This document shows positions 1-10,313 of a stretch of 64,000 bases of DNA, piece by piece (the first letter of the stretch is position 1; each line of letters begins with the position of its first letter). Made by a program: the position numbers and the translations under genes. The notes below the pieces were generated by a model, which saw nothing but the letters and a program-made list of their open reading frames with translations, was not told where the DNA came from and ran no database searches. The DNA is from a virus (lineage: Duplodnaviria; Caudoviricetes), in the IMG/VR virus record IMGVR_UViG_3300013121_000046. One strand, written 5' to 3'.

Positions 1-116
1 GCGCGTATTTGATTTTCGAGGATCGTAGCAAATCTACGCTCCTCTTCCTCATTTAAGAACTCGCCGTCCCGCAAATACGGGAGCAAATATTTAGGAGTTG
101 AGCCGCCGTAGGCCAT
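1..116 (-). CDS. 5' part of a probable tail/tail-fibre protein, truncated by the window edge
   Basis: ATG at 116 reading MAYGGSTPKYLLPYLRDGEFLNEEEERRFATILENQIRA to the edge; TPxxxLPY-type N-terminus is common in tail-fibre proteins; lies downstream of the hub gene. Confidence 0.5.
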   Translation of the reverse strand, partial: MAYGGSTPKYLLPYLRDGEFLNEEEERRFATILENQIR

Positions 117-127
117 AAAAAATCCCT

Positions 128-358
128 CTATCGGCCTATAGCGTGCTTATCAACTCCACAGCGAGTATACCCACAAGCAGCTAAAGGAATGCCCGATCTA
201 TGGGTAACAGAGGTTTCAGAAATAGCCCTTGAGAAAGGGACAAAACCTCGATAATAGGAAGCCGGAATATCCGACAAAGCCCCCGGTAAAACCTTCTCCA
301 GGATTCTCGCTAAATCTCGCTCTCGTCGAGTCGCCCCTACTCCAGTGAGTGAATTCAT
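128..358 (-). CDS. hypothetical protein (tail module)
   Basis: 76-aa ORF whose start overlaps the upstream stop (TAATG). Confidence 0.55.
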   Translation of the reverse strand: MNSLTGVGATRRERDLARILEKVLPGALSDIPASYYRGFVPFSRAISETSVTHRSGIPLAACGYTRCGVDKHAIGR

Positions 359-3333
359 TACAGCAATCCTTGTACGGGCAAGTTTACAATCTCAACATCC
401 GATAGATTTGGTTCGACAAATAACTCTAAACCAAGATTTGTAAGGAAATTTTTAGACTGAGTATCTGCTGTGTGTGCTACACTAGTCACAATCCAATTAC
501 TGTTAAATCTATCCAGCAACTCAATCTGAGCATTCCCAGGAATCGAAACCTGACCGGCAGATCGAGGCCGAGCCACACCTTTAATTATCTGCAATACCGA
601 CTTGTTAAACTCCCCCATTGAGCGGAATACTCCTGGGATGGGGAAAAACATCATTTTATCCCACGAAAAAACCGGAGTTGTACTTACGCGGATTAAGGAG
701 AGTACCGGTTTTGCAAATTTTGTAAGTTGGTCAGCCACTCCCTGAGTGTTAAAAAAATCAAACTCTATCGGAATGGGTCCTTCCATAACCAAAGCGGAAA
801 CTACCACAGCATTTCTCACAGAAGAAAAATCCGGGTTATCGTTATAACTTAAAACTCTAGCGGAGGGGTATTCCCAATTTATATTTGTAGACCTAGCTGT
901 CTCTATGTACCTAAGATAGCCTAGCCTATCAAAATAAGCCAAACAGCTTGCGTGCTTACAGACTTCTGATATGGCATCCCACACCGGAGTACCAGATTTG
1001 AAATCAATTATGGGTGCCTGAACCGTAGATAAACCAGAAGGTAATTTATAGGGTTGTGAAAGATTCAAAAATGGTACACCCCCATAATCAGCTAAGTACT
1101 GAATTACTTGTCGATGGTCAAACCCATCAAAGTACGGAACATTAAGTAATTTTAGGCCTCCCTGATCTTGAAGCTTATGCTCCCTACCAAATAAAGATAT
1201 CTGAATAGTGTTGTCCGATGTGGTGTCCTGTTCGGCATTTCCTACTGCTAGACCAGTAAAAATTGTCCCTGAGACCGTATTCACACCACCATTCACGGCA
1301 ATCGTAATCGCCCCGGCATTTTGCCTAGGCCGATCTACAAGACCTTCCGGACCATAGCGATCCCAAATTAAAGTACCGGAAGAACCATCCAAGGATCTAG
1401 AAACATCTACCCGCTGAATTCTCTCCACCGGCACATCATTAACGGTCAAGAATCCATCCTGATTTCTGAACTTAATTACCGTTGTATCTTCATCCGGATA
1501 TTCCCGAGAATACACATAGCAACCCCAAGTCTCTAAGGGTCTGCGGTAACCCCAAGAGTCAACGGCCACATCACTAAAAGTCTCTCTTTTAGTTCTTACA
1601 AATTCCTGATAAATATCCCAAATCGGAGAATCCTCCGAACCCGGAAGTACCTTCATAGAACAAAAATACTCAAAACTCCGGGGATAATAGACTACCGGTA
1701 GAATCTTAAAATGATCCGCCTGCTGTAAAGCAAATATCTCTTGCCCTACCTGTCTATTCTGAATATCTGCAAGCTCATCCGGCTTCTTCTCTTTCTTACT
1801 TTCAACCGCAGTCCCTCTAACTGCAATATGAGTGCGAGTCTTTGCCGGAAAAAACAAGGGTCTAAATTGAAGGACTCCGCCACATCGCAAATAATTAACT
1901 CGCAGAATCCTACCCATATCTACAGAAACATCCTGCTCAGAGGGTATCTTTACCCCGTGATTACCAAAAATTCCCTTGCCTCTCCCCATCTTAGCGAGGG
2001 TAGTCTCATAGGGAGTCTGCGGTAAATCCTCAAATACCTGCTCCGCGTCATCTGTGTCGGTGATTTCCACCGGATTCGCATTCACACCACCCGGGGGGAG
2101 TGGATTAGGCTCCGTAGAATCCTCCGAGTTTACATCCGGGCTTAACTTCGGTAGAGTCCTCGGGATAGTTTTTTTTACCGTTGGGTCATTGTTGTCGAAG
2201 TCTAAGACGGTAGCAATTTCAGATAAAATAGTTCTCCCCGGAGTTTTCTGCACATACACCATCTTTTCGGGCCAAGTTGACTCTTGTATGGGGCCGTAAC
2301 CAATCAGTAGACCATTCCAAACGGGAACAAAACAAATGTCTAAGGGTCTTTCTCCCGAATGATGGGTTGTACTTTGAGCAAAGGTTGGAAAAATCGGTAT
2401 CTGCTTAGGTTCTTTTCCTGTAAATTGGATTGTTGCTTCTGACTTACCCTCTATAATAGTTAGCTTCACTTCTCCGAAACGAATCTCTACAGACCATTCT
2501 CGCCCAGTATTTTGTTGATCGTCGCAACCCGGCTGAATAGCTAAGTGTAGAGAGAACGCATTTACCTGATCGTTAGATAACTCCACCAAAGGTGCCGGAT
2601 AAAGGGGAGGATCATAGGCAGAACTAATCCCGATGGTCGGTGGTGAGGCCACCCCAACCCCAAAATCGGCCTCGGGAGACAGGAGAAGGGAGGCCTGTTC
2701 ATTAGCTACTACAGGCAATTTAAGACTGTAGGGTAAGGTTGCTTCTCTTCTCTGCGGAACAATAACTAACTTACCGTCAGGTCTAACCGAGACCGAAGGG
2801 CTTTCTGTCCCATAGGGTAGAGCATTACCCAAAGCATCTACAGTAGGGATAGTCTCGACTTCCCACCGATAAATGGTTCCGTAAGAATCAGACACTTGAT
2901 AGAGCCCATTCCGATTGTGCCGATCTTCCGGAGAAAAGTAGGGAGTGGAAATCAAAGAATGCGTTGCCGGAACATACACTCCAGATCTCAAGGGATTCAG
3001 TGTTTCTAGTGCCGTTTGCGTAGACCGGGTAGTATAAGCAACAAAAGGGAGTCGATGTGTAGAGTATCCAGAATTATCTTCACCATAAACACTACCCGAA
3101 GAAGACTGCCAAGCTCGATATTCCTTAATCCAAGCTTGCCCCACATACTCCCGCTTCTTCAATCGAGCAACTATATCAATATCCGTATCGTTCCCAATAG
3201 TAGCGGTACCGATTGCCCCATAAAATAAGGGCTCTAAGGATTCTCTCGGGAAAGGGGGTCTCTCAGGTAATACCGGAGGGGTCCCAGCCTCAATCACTAC
3301 ACTGGGAATTGTACTTTCATTCACAATGACCAT
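358..3333 (-). CDS. tail tip / baseplate hub-like protein
   Basis: 991 aa directly after the tape measure gene; C-terminal third has hub-like features (IQRVDVSRS, IFTG, WDAISEV..YFDRLGYLRY, NAVVV, IPGN..IELLD..WIVTSVAH). Confidence 0.65.
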   Translation of the reverse strand: MVIVNESTIPSVVIEAGTPPVLPERPPFPRESLEPLFYGAIGTATIGNDTDIDIVARLKKREYVGQAWIKEYRAWQSSSGSVYGEDNSGYSTHRLPFVAYTTRSTQTALETLNPLRSGVYVPATHSLISTPYFSPEDRHNRNGLYQVSDSYGTIYRWEVETIPTVDALGNALPYGTESPSVSVRPDGKLVIVPQRREATLPYSLKLPVVANEQASLLLSPEADFGVGVASPPTIGISSAYDPPLYPAPLVELSNDQVNAFSLHLAIQPGCDDQQNTGREWSVEIRFGEVKLTIIEGKSEATIQFTGKEPKQIPIFPTFAQSTTHHSGERPLDICFVPVWNGLLIGYGPIQESTWPEKMVYVQKTPGRTILSEIATVLDFDNNDPTVKKTIPRTLPKLSPDVNSEDSTEPNPLPPGGVNANPVEITDTDDAEQVFEDLPQTPYETTLAKMGRGKGIFGNHGVKIPSEQDVSVDMGRILRVNYLRCGGVLQFRPLFFPAKTRTHIAVRGTAVESKKEKKPDELADIQNRQVGQEIFALQQADHFKILPVVYYPRSFEYFCSMKVLPGSEDSPIWDIYQEFVRTKRETFSDVAVDSWGYRRPLETWGCYVYSREYPDEDTTVIKFRNQDGFLTVNDVPVERIQRVDVSRSLDGSSGTLIWDRYGPEGLVDRPRQNAGAITIAVNGGVNTVSGTIFTGLAVGNAEQDTTSDNTIQISLFGREHKLQDQGGLKLLNVPYFDGFDHRQVIQYLADYGGVPFLNLSQPYKLPSGLSTVQAPIIDFKSGTPVWDAISEVCKHASCLAYFDRLGYLRYIETARSTNINWEYPSARVLSYNDNPDFSSVRNAVVVSALVMEGPIPIEFDFFNTQGVADQLTKFAKPVLSLIRVSTTPVFSWDKMMFFPIPGVFRSMGEFNKSVLQIIKGVARPRSAGQVSIPGNAQIELLDRFNSNWIVTSVAHTADTQSKNFLTNLGLELFVEPNLSDVEIVNLPVQGLL

Positions 3334-6300
3334 TACTTATGCCCCGGCTTTGACTTATTCTCCATATACATATCAACGTGAGCTTCTAGAACCTTAAAGA
3401 AATTATCCTGTAGACCGATATTGACCTTAATGTTTCCCGAAATATCCGTAGAAGAGGCTGCGGGCATACCGGCTGTGGTAGTACCAGCGTTAGGTAAACC
3501 TAACCCAGTCTGAGTAAACTGAGCTACCGTAGGAGTCCCTAGCCTACCCCCTAGAGTCTGAGCCCTCTGGGCAATAGTTTGACCCTCTCCAGCCCGAACC
3601 GTACCTAAGGAATCCTGCACAAATTGCCCAAACATCAGACGATTATTCTGCACAGGATTAAAGGAACTTCCGGAAGCCACACCAAACGCTCTGCCTAACG
3701 CTCTATCCAGAAAATCTCTTTGCTTAACCAAGGCCATCTTTGTAATCTCAACACTCTGCTTCTGAAGTTCAGCTTCCTTCTCCTTATAGGAAGCCGACTG
3801 TAGGGCAGCCGCTTCTGAACCCATAGCCTCGGTCAAACGCCTCTTTTCATTTTCCAATAATTGCTTACCTAATTCGTACTCTTGCAGCTTTAGGTCTAGT
3901 TGAGCCTTACTTAATTCAAATATCTGAGAGTATGAAGCCCCCATGTATTCAGCCAGGTCTGTTTGAGCCGCTATAACCTGACTCTCAGCCCCAACTTTTC
4001 TCTGCATAACTGCGATGGCATCTTTCACAGCATTCGCTTCAGCGTCTCTAGCCTCCTTAGACTTATTGTATAACGCTATTTGCTTGGTATACAACTCCGT
4101 CTCCAGATTGGTTCGCATAGCAGCTATTTGATTCTGACCTTCTTGCTCAGTCAACTGACCACTGGCCACTCTAGCCCTAATCTTATCCGTCTCCCGGTTC
4201 ATAGTATCCAGGGCATCCCTTTGGGCCACTTGAAGATTCTTATGTATCTCCACTACATCGGCTCGAAGCGATGCCGCCATCTGTCTACCCAACTTGAGGG
4301 TCAACTCCTCACTTTCTTCTGCGCCTACCAACTGACCTCCAGCAGCAAGTAGGTTTCTTTGCCCCTCACGGAGTCGTACTCCCTGAGTTTGAAATGGTGT
4401 ATCTAAAACCTCTTTAACCGCCTGAAGAGATGCCTCAAATTTAGACAACTGAACCGCAGCTTTTTCCGCCTCTAATGCAGATCGTTTAAGTTTGAACTCT
4501 AATTGTCTCTCTGGAGTCCATTCTCCCTTATTCCTAAGCTCTTGCTCTACGGTGTTATATCCCCGAGCCCGAGCCATTAGAGTACTTTCTTCCAACTCCA
4601 TTGCTTGCAGGCTCTTACTATAGGCGGCTAAAATTCCGGCAGAACTTCCAAAGATACTAGTGGCTAATTTAGCCCGGGTTTGATATATTTGGGCTATATT
4701 CTTCTCAATAGATAATTGTTTGTTATATGCAGAATCTATCTGATCCAAAGTCGATACTGCTGATTTAGCCTCTGCATTAGTGGCCTCTAAATCAGCTATC
4801 TTACCGCGAATAGTAACATTCATCTGTGACAAAAACTTAAGCTGTTCCTCCTCTGCCTTGGAAAGTTTCTGTCCTCTAGCTTTCTTACTCTCCAATATCA
4901 GAGTTTCCTTAGTTACTAAGGCTAAAGCGTCCTGCTGTTGAGCTAAAGCCTCCCGATATAATACATTTGCATCTTCAACTCCAGCCCCATACTCTCTTAT
5001 TGTCGAATAAATATCTGCTTCCCCACCTCGTACAGCCGCTTTTCTTCTTTCTGCTTTTCTAAGACTTAGTACCGCCGCCTCCCTAGTATCCTTACCAGCG
5101 ATTTCTGCGTTAGCTCTATCCGCCTGAGCCATTTTTTCTTTTATAGCAGCCGATTTATCAGTCCCACTAGTGTTAAAAAGGTCGTTACGATTGGCATACA
5201 TACCCAACCCAAGGCCCACTGCGGCTCCGATACCAGTTCCTACTACCGGAATAAAACTCCCCGCAGCCGCTCCCGTAGCTGTGGCACCAGCAATACCTGA
5301 AACACCCCTAGCTATTTCCCAACCCCTCTCACCCACACCAAAAGCTGTCTTATCTTTACTCGCCCGAGCTTTATCTAAGGCCAAGCTAGTTACTAAGTCC
5401 GTCCCCACGGTTGCAAGAGCCCCTAATCCTATCCCTCTTATGGACCCCTTTATACTATTGCCAAGATTACCGCGAGTAAAGTATTTCCCAAGGAATCTAC
5501 CTACTCTGCCTCGGGAATCTCCAAACCCTCGCTGCCTTCGATTTTTTCGCCTACCAGATCGCGTAAGTACCGTACCTCCACCACTACTAGCACTCGTACT
5601 TTCCATAATTCTAAAGATACCTTTTACCTCCGAAAAAATTCCCCTTAAAGATATATTAGTCTCACCTAACGCGATAAGAGCATCCTTACTGGCAATATAC
5701 ATATAGGTGAGAGTCGCACCCCCAGCAACTATCGCTCCAGTTACTGGAGCACCACTTCCTAGGTACTTCTCCATAGAGTCGCCGAAAGCAGATGTTAAAT
5801 TGTCCGCCCAAACTTCTAGGGTTCGCTCCATTGACAATGGGCCAACTTTTTCAGATACATCACTCGCATGACGTAATTCCTGAATAAATTTTGCATCCTC
5901 ATACCCCTTAGTCCTAGCTAAGGCTCGAACAGGGTCAGTATCAACCTCTCGCATAAATCCAGGGTGTGAACGCTCCCTCTCTATAACCTGCTGAGTAATT
6001 TCAAGGGCGGCACCAGGGCCTACAGACCCTTGTAAATCCCGATACAATTTCTTAAATCTCTCCAAATCATTACCTACCGCCACCATCCTCTCAAAAGATC
6101 CAATTAGTTTCTTATGCTCCTCCCGAGTCAAGCCTAACTCTGCCCTTAGAGTTCTTAACCTTTCAAAATTCGTACCCATCTCCTTTGAGTTGCTAGACAA
6201 CATTCTAGCACTTCGCTCAAGGATAACATTATAGTCTGAAGTTTCTCTAGCTGCCGTACGCAGCGTGTTAATTTTCTGGTTAAAGGTTTGTAACAAACCT

Positions 6301-6644
6301 GTAAGACGAAATCTAGCAAAGTCGGCAGTCGTGCCAAAAACCGACTGAGCCTCTGCTGATTCATCTACAATCTTATTGTATCTATGATATTCATCCTCCC
6401 CTGACTTGACGGTCAAAATTACAGACTCTAGTTTTTGTCGGAGGGCTTCCAAATCCTTAGCATAATTAGCAGAAGCTTTTCCAGACTTGTTCAATGCCTC
6501 GATCTGCTTTTGAAGACTCTCAATCTCCTTCACTCCAGCCGCCACTCTCTGTTGGGCTCTTTCTGCCAATTCCTTACTAGCAGCATCCAGGGCAGCCTGG
6601 GCCTTAGCATCAATAGCCGTATTAAGATCACGATTCAGAGGCAT
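3333..6644 (-). CDS. tail tape measure protein
   Basis: 1103 aa, Ala/Leu/Glu/Lys helical composition, Gly-rich hydrophobic segment TGAAAGSFIPVVGTGIGAAVGLGLG; lies between chaperone-like genes and hub. Confidence 0.8.
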   Translation of the reverse strand: MPLNRDLNTAIDAKAQAALDAASKELAERAQQRVAAGVKEIESLQKQIEALNKSGKASANYAKDLEALRQKLESVILTVKSGEDEYHRYNKIVDESAEAQSVFGTTADFARFRLTGLLQTFNQKINTLRTAARETSDYNVILERSARMLSSNSKEMGTNFERLRTLRAELGLTREEHKKLIGSFERMVAVGNDLERFKKLYRDLQGSVGPGAALEITQQVIERERSHPGFMREVDTDPVRALARTKGYEDAKFIQELRHASDVSEKVGPLSMERTLEVWADNLTSAFGDSMEKYLGSGAPVTGAIVAGGATLTYMYIASKDALIALGETNISLRGIFSEVKGIFRIMESTSASSGGGTVLTRSGRRKNRRQRGFGDSRGRVGRFLGKYFTRGNLGNSIKGSIRGIGLGALATVGTDLVTSLALDKARASKDKTAFGVGERGWEIARGVSGIAGATATGAAAGSFIPVVGTGIGAAVGLGLGMYANRNDLFNTSGTDKSAAIKEKMAQADRANAEIAGKDTREAAVLSLRKAERRKAAVRGGEADIYSTIREYGAGVEDANVLYREALAQQQDALALVTKETLILESKKARGQKLSKAEEEQLKFLSQMNVTIRGKIADLEATNAEAKSAVSTLDQIDSAYNKQLSIEKNIAQIYQTRAKLATSIFGSSAGILAAYSKSLQAMELEESTLMARARGYNTVEQELRNKGEWTPERQLEFKLKRSALEAEKAAVQLSKFEASLQAVKEVLDTPFQTQGVRLREGQRNLLAAGGQLVGAEESEELTLKLGRQMAASLRADVVEIHKNLQVAQRDALDTMNRETDKIRARVASGQLTEQEGQNQIAAMRTNLETELYTKQIALYNKSKEARDAEANAVKDAIAVMQRKVGAESQVIAAQTDLAEYMGASYSQIFELSKAQLDLKLQEYELGKQLLENEKRRLTEAMGSEAAALQSASYKEKEAELQKQSVEITKMALVKQRDFLDRALGRAFGVASGSSFNPVQNNRLMFGQFVQDSLGTVRAGEGQTIAQRAQTLGGRLGTPTVAQFTQTGLGLPNAGTTTAGMPAASSTDISGNIKVNIGLQDNFFKVLEAHVDMYMENKSKPGHK

Positions 6645-6654
6645 CTATTTGACC

Positions 6655-7272
6655 CTAAGAAACAAGACTAATCCCAGATTCAGACTCAAATTTACTGAGA
6701 ATTAAATCCAAGATGGATGGGTGAAGACCATCCAAATCATCCATTGTTTCCTCAGTTAGAGCCCCTCTAGGGGTTTTTTCCAATCGCATTGGTCCCTCAG
6801 GTAGAATAAGTTCCAACAAATTATTCCTAAGTACAAATCGTTTTACCATAACCCGAGAAATAACAAAGGTCGAAACTTCATCATTCCACCGCAAAGATCG
6901 CTCCCTATATCTATCCAGGCTACTCTTTGAGGGATAGGAAAACTTCGCGGTGATAAGATACTCCTCATACTCCATAGTTCTTACCACTTCTTCCCGTAAT
7001 GGCTCCATACCATATATCCGAATTACCCCCTCTGGGTCAGCGTAAGCATAGATAGTCAAAACAAGCTCACCATTTACTCCTAACTCAGAAAGTCTCAGAC
7101 CACGTAGAGGCTTCTTCACCTTTGGATTCGAGGCTTCTACCGCCTCTTCTGCCATATTTTTCGTATCTGTTTTTCCCTCCGGTGAATCACTAGCAATATC
7201 ATTAACTTCTGATACTTCCTCAGGGGCAGGAAAAGGAATTGTAACCGACTCTTTGTCTTTTGCACTCATCAT
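6655..7272 (-). CDS. putative tail assembly chaperone (paralog of 8912..9358)
   Basis: Immediately upstream of the TMP gene; shares YPS...SLR[W/Y][N/D]D with 8912..9358. Confidence 0.55.
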   Translation of the reverse strand: MMSAKDKESVTIPFPAPEEVSEVNDIASDSPEGKTDTKNMAEEAVEASNPKVKKPLRGLRLSELGVNGELVLTIYAYADPEGVIRIYGMEPLREEVVRTMEYEEYLITAKFSYPSKSSLDRYRERSLRWNDEVSTFVISRVMVKRFVLRNNLLELILPEGPMRLEKTPRGALTEETMDDLDGLHPSILDLILSKFESESGISLVS

Positions 7273-7284
7273 TTTTCCTTTATG

Positions 7285-8307
7285 CTAACCCAAAGATGGC
7301 CAGGCATCCAAGGGGGGCAATCCAACACTGGGATTAAGTTGAACAGGAGCGAGAAAGGTATCCGAAGCCACAGGATGGTAGGTAACAGTCGTAGCCGGAA
7401 GTCCCGGAGAATCGGGGAGTCCTGGAATTGCTGGTTGCCCGGGGTTAACAGGGGTGTTGGGCAATCCAGGAATCGGGGGGATTCCCTTGCCCCAATTCAA
7501 AACTTCCGTTGAGTTTTCTTGCACTAAATTACCCAGGATATCGGCTGTACACTGTATGTTAGTAATAGTAGCCTGATATGTATAGGTATCTAGTCTTCCG
7601 CCTAAAGCAAATACCCTATTTTGAACTAGTCCCGTAATGAAGAAGACTTCCCCTATAACAACGTCGATACTAGTCGGGGTACTCAAAACAAACTCAGTAG
7701 TAACCTGTAACTGTATGGATGAGTCTCCAACTCGGTAGTACGAAGGGTATGGAGACTCTGTATTACGCCATTTAGCCTGAAGCGGAGTACTGTGCGTTAA
7801 AGTCCAGTCCCGAACATATGGGGCCCCAGAAGCCCAACCAGGAGCTAATAAGTCTGCCCCAGTCTTTACCGCTACATTCAAATCCGGGAGGGGAGGGGCT
7901 AAAGCTTTCCCCGACACATTCACCTGTACTACACCATCAGCATTTCCAGACATTGAGAAGGATTCAACATAGCAGTTTGTTAACTGATACGCCGCAGGGG
8001 ACTGCTGCATTGTGACGTAAGTTACCAGTCCTCGGGATTCCCCTGAGAAAAAATTCAAAAGAGACTGAGCCCCATATAGAAGATCGCCACCTAAATCCCA
8101 AGATATTTCAGAAACACCCCTTGAGTGTAAAGTCTGTTGTTGATTCCCACTGACGCGATTCATCGCATAGTCTGACGTTTGATAACTGTTACTCTGGCTC
8201 CACCCCCCACTATTCGCAGCAATGTACACCCCACCTAGGGAGGCATATTTTTTCCACCCCCCGGATGGGCTAAGTATTGGACCCAAAGCATAAGATGGGT
8301 TTGCCAT
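7285..8307 (-). CDS. tail tube-like protein (paralog 3)
   Basis: Beta-rich tube-like pattern (YVESFSMS, DWTLT); N-terminal GWKKYASLGG resembles GFLGYAEIEG of 10314..12551; Pro-rich C-terminus. Confidence 0.5.
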   Translation of the reverse strand: MANPSYALGPILSPSGGWKKYASLGGVYIAANSGGWSQSNSYQTSDYAMNRVSGNQQQTLHSRGVSEISWDLGGDLLYGAQSLLNFFSGESRGLVTYVTMQQSPAAYQLTNCYVESFSMSGNADGVVQVNVSGKALAPPLPDLNVAVKTGADLLAPGWASGAPYVRDWTLTHSTPLQAKWRNTESPYPSYYRVGDSSIQLQVTTEFVLSTPTSIDVVIGEVFFITGLVQNRVFALGGRLDTYTYQATITNIQCTADILGNLVQENSTEVLNWGKGIPPIPGLPNTPVNPGQPAIPGLPDSPGLPATTVTYHPVASDTFLAPVQLNPSVGLPPLDAWPSLG

Positions 8308-8915
8308 TAACTTCTATGTCCTGCTAAACGTTTAGCCTGCTGACGTAAATCCTCAGCCGTCTGCCTAGATTCCATCATTTTATCCGAGACAGAAGCCACC
8401 AACCTAAACCCTTGGAGTACCGAGTACGGCATTTCTTCCACAGAAGCATAGAAGGGTATCTTAAACTTCTCGGAAAAAAGCATAGATAAGCAAGCTCTTT
8501 CTACTACCGGATGAGGATTATTTACAGAGGTACGGCTCCCCGAACTGGCCCCAAAGAGTGTAGAGCACTCTTGCTCAATCTGATAGACTTCTCTTCTCGA
8601 TAATTCTACAGACCTTAGAAACTGTCGAACCAGGGGTGCAATAAGTACCGAGGGATAAGAGAAAATCTTCTCCCTAACTTCTTTAAGCAAGTTCCCAAAA
8701 CTATCTCGATAGGGGGGTGTTACAAGGTTAGTGCTTACCAGCATTTGGTCCCAAATAGCTGTCTCTCTATCTACAAAATTAAGTCTGTTTATCGGTAACC
8801 ATCGTTTAACCGTTGCTTCAGCCCACTCTACAAAATACCCCCCATCTGCCCCGATATTCGAGTGGAGTATTTTGTATCTACCTGAGACAAGTTTGTAGTA
8901 GACTCTAGAGATCAT
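8307..8915 (-). CDS. putative tail assembly chaperone
   Basis: Position in the tail module; helical C-terminus with EEMPY motif as in chaperone C-terminal domains. Confidence 0.4.
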   Translation of the reverse strand: MISRVYYKLVSGRYKILHSNIGADGGYFVEWAEATVKRWLPINRLNFVDRETAIWDQMLVSTNLVTPPYRDSFGNLLKEVREKIFSYPSVLIAPLVRQFLRSVELSRREVYQIEQECSTLFGASSGSRTSVNNPHPVVERACLSMLFSEKFKIPFYASVEEMPYSVLQGFRLVASVSDKMMESRQTAEDLRQQAKRLAGHRS

Positions 8916-9358
8916 GGTGAACCCAACGCATCAGATATCAACTGGGCAATAGCTTTCCTAACTAGCGGAGGAAGGCCCTTCCAGTATCCTAAACTTCTAT
9001 CATCCATACTGCCTTGCCTAATAAAAAGCTTATCCACCTGAAGGGCTGGAATTTTCTCGGGTAAGTCCCAGTCAATCAAACAAGCTCGTACCCTGTACTC
9101 AGTTAGTGTGTCAAAATCCAATAAGTGCATCTGATGTTGATCGTCATACCTTAAAGACGACCGTTTGAAGGCCAATTCCTCATCGTAAGATGGGTATCGT
9201 AAAGTTAGCTTAATGTGATAATCTGCCGCACTTTTTTGCTTATTACTTACAGGTATGAGGGTACCACTAGAATCCACCCTTAAGTGGAGCCAAACGGAAA
9301 ATTGATTTCCTTCAACGTTTCGGGAAGTAACTGCTGTTGGACTTACTCTTTTTTGCAT
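8912..9358 (-). CDS. putative tail assembly chaperone
   Basis: LIDWDL and terminal LPPLVRKAIAQLI patterns typical of tail chaperones; follows tube genes. Confidence 0.55.
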   Translation of the reverse strand: MQKRVSPTAVTSRNVEGNQFSVWLHLRVDSSGTLIPVSNKQKSAADYHIKLTLRYPSYDEELAFKRSSLRYDDQHQMHLLDFDTLTEYRVRACLIDWDLPEKIPALQVDKLFIRQGSMDDRSLGYWKGLPPLVRKAIAQLISDALGSP

Positions 9359-9359
9359 T

Positions 9360-10238
9360 TTAAGGTATTACTGGGAGGACAGATATTACATACCAAGTAG
9401 TCTTCCAAAGGACTAATCCATTAGCAGTACCTAAGGACTCCAAATTTCTAGCCTCTCGTACTGTCTCCAAAAAAGTAAAATCCCATAGGGAGTCCCCATT
9501 TTGAGCCGATATCTGAATTTGTGCAGATCCTCTAGAGGCAGGTCTAACCCCAGGACGAGCCAAAGTCATTAACTCAATTGTTGCATCCAAGGGGCCCGGA
9601 GTAATAATTCTAGGGTTAGGTGGACCATAATCCTGGGGTAAAAAACCTCGCCCTTCAGCCAGTCTCTTATACTGCCAATTATTGTTGAGAGACAAGGACC
9701 AGCTTATAGTCTCACCAGAAATTCCACTATGAGTTAGACAAACCTTCCACCCGGGCAGTACTTCATGCTCCCTAGGATTAAAAGCTTGCCCTTCCCGATC
9801 TAACTCTGCTCCATCTCTCTCCTGCCATACCCAAGCTGAAATCTGAAATTGAAGGGAGGCTAAATGCTCTGCTGAAGAAGTTAGAGAAACAGAATCAAGA
9901 TAGGCATAGTCACTTTGGTAGCCCTCTCCACTAGCCACCCGAAGATCTAGGGGGAAAGGGTAGGGGAGAATCTCCTGATTTCGGATTTTCATTGAGTGCA
10001 ATAAAGCCATAGAGAATGACTGCCGAGTCATGGGGCAAGTCAAGTTTATGGCCAATTTTCTACGCTGCTTAACAGTAGGACCCCCGATACCAGATACGTA
10101 TTGTGTGCTGACGGGTCCCCCGCCCTTAAACAGATTTTCTTCATCTATCACAGAGGAAGGCTCTAGCAGTAAGTACTCAGAATCTAACTTAGCATACCCG
10201 CTATATCCTAGGCCCAAAATTTCATTGAAACTGACCAT
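9360..10238 (-). CDS. tail tube-like protein (paralog 2)
   Basis: GYSGYAKLD N-terminus, YLDSVSL, PGW and SWSLSLNNN motifs parallel those of the neighbouring tube protein. Confidence 0.55.
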   Translation of the reverse strand: MVSFNEILGLGYSGYAKLDSEYLLLEPSSVIDEENLFKGGGPVSTQYVSGIGGPTVKQRRKLAINLTCPMTRQSFSMALLHSMKIRNQEILPYPFPLDLRVASGEGYQSDYAYLDSVSLTSSAEHLASLQFQISAWVWQERDGAELDREGQAFNPREHEVLPGWKVCLTHSGISGETISWSLSLNNNWQYKRLAEGRGFLPQDYGPPNPRIITPGPLDATIELMTLARPGVRPASRGSAQIQISAQNGDSLWDFTFLETVREARNLESLGTANGLVLWKTTWYVISVLPVIP

Positions 10239-10250
10239 AGGATACCTACC

Positions 10251-10284
10251 AAAAAGGGCAGAGACTCAAAAAGTCCCTGCCCTT
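10251..10284 (-). terminator. intrinsic terminator downstream of the major tail tube gene
   Basis: AAGGGCAGAGAC/GTCCCTGCCCTT inverted repeat followed by a U-run on the minus strand. Confidence 0.75.
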
Positions 10285-10313
10285 AAAAATCCTTTATCGG
10301 AGTATCCCAAATA

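Noticed and set aside
6771-6780. Programmed -1 frameshift in the chaperone gene before the TMP (GAAAAAACCC)
   Set aside because: The A-run is not in X XXY YYZ phase, and no extended alternative frame is evident
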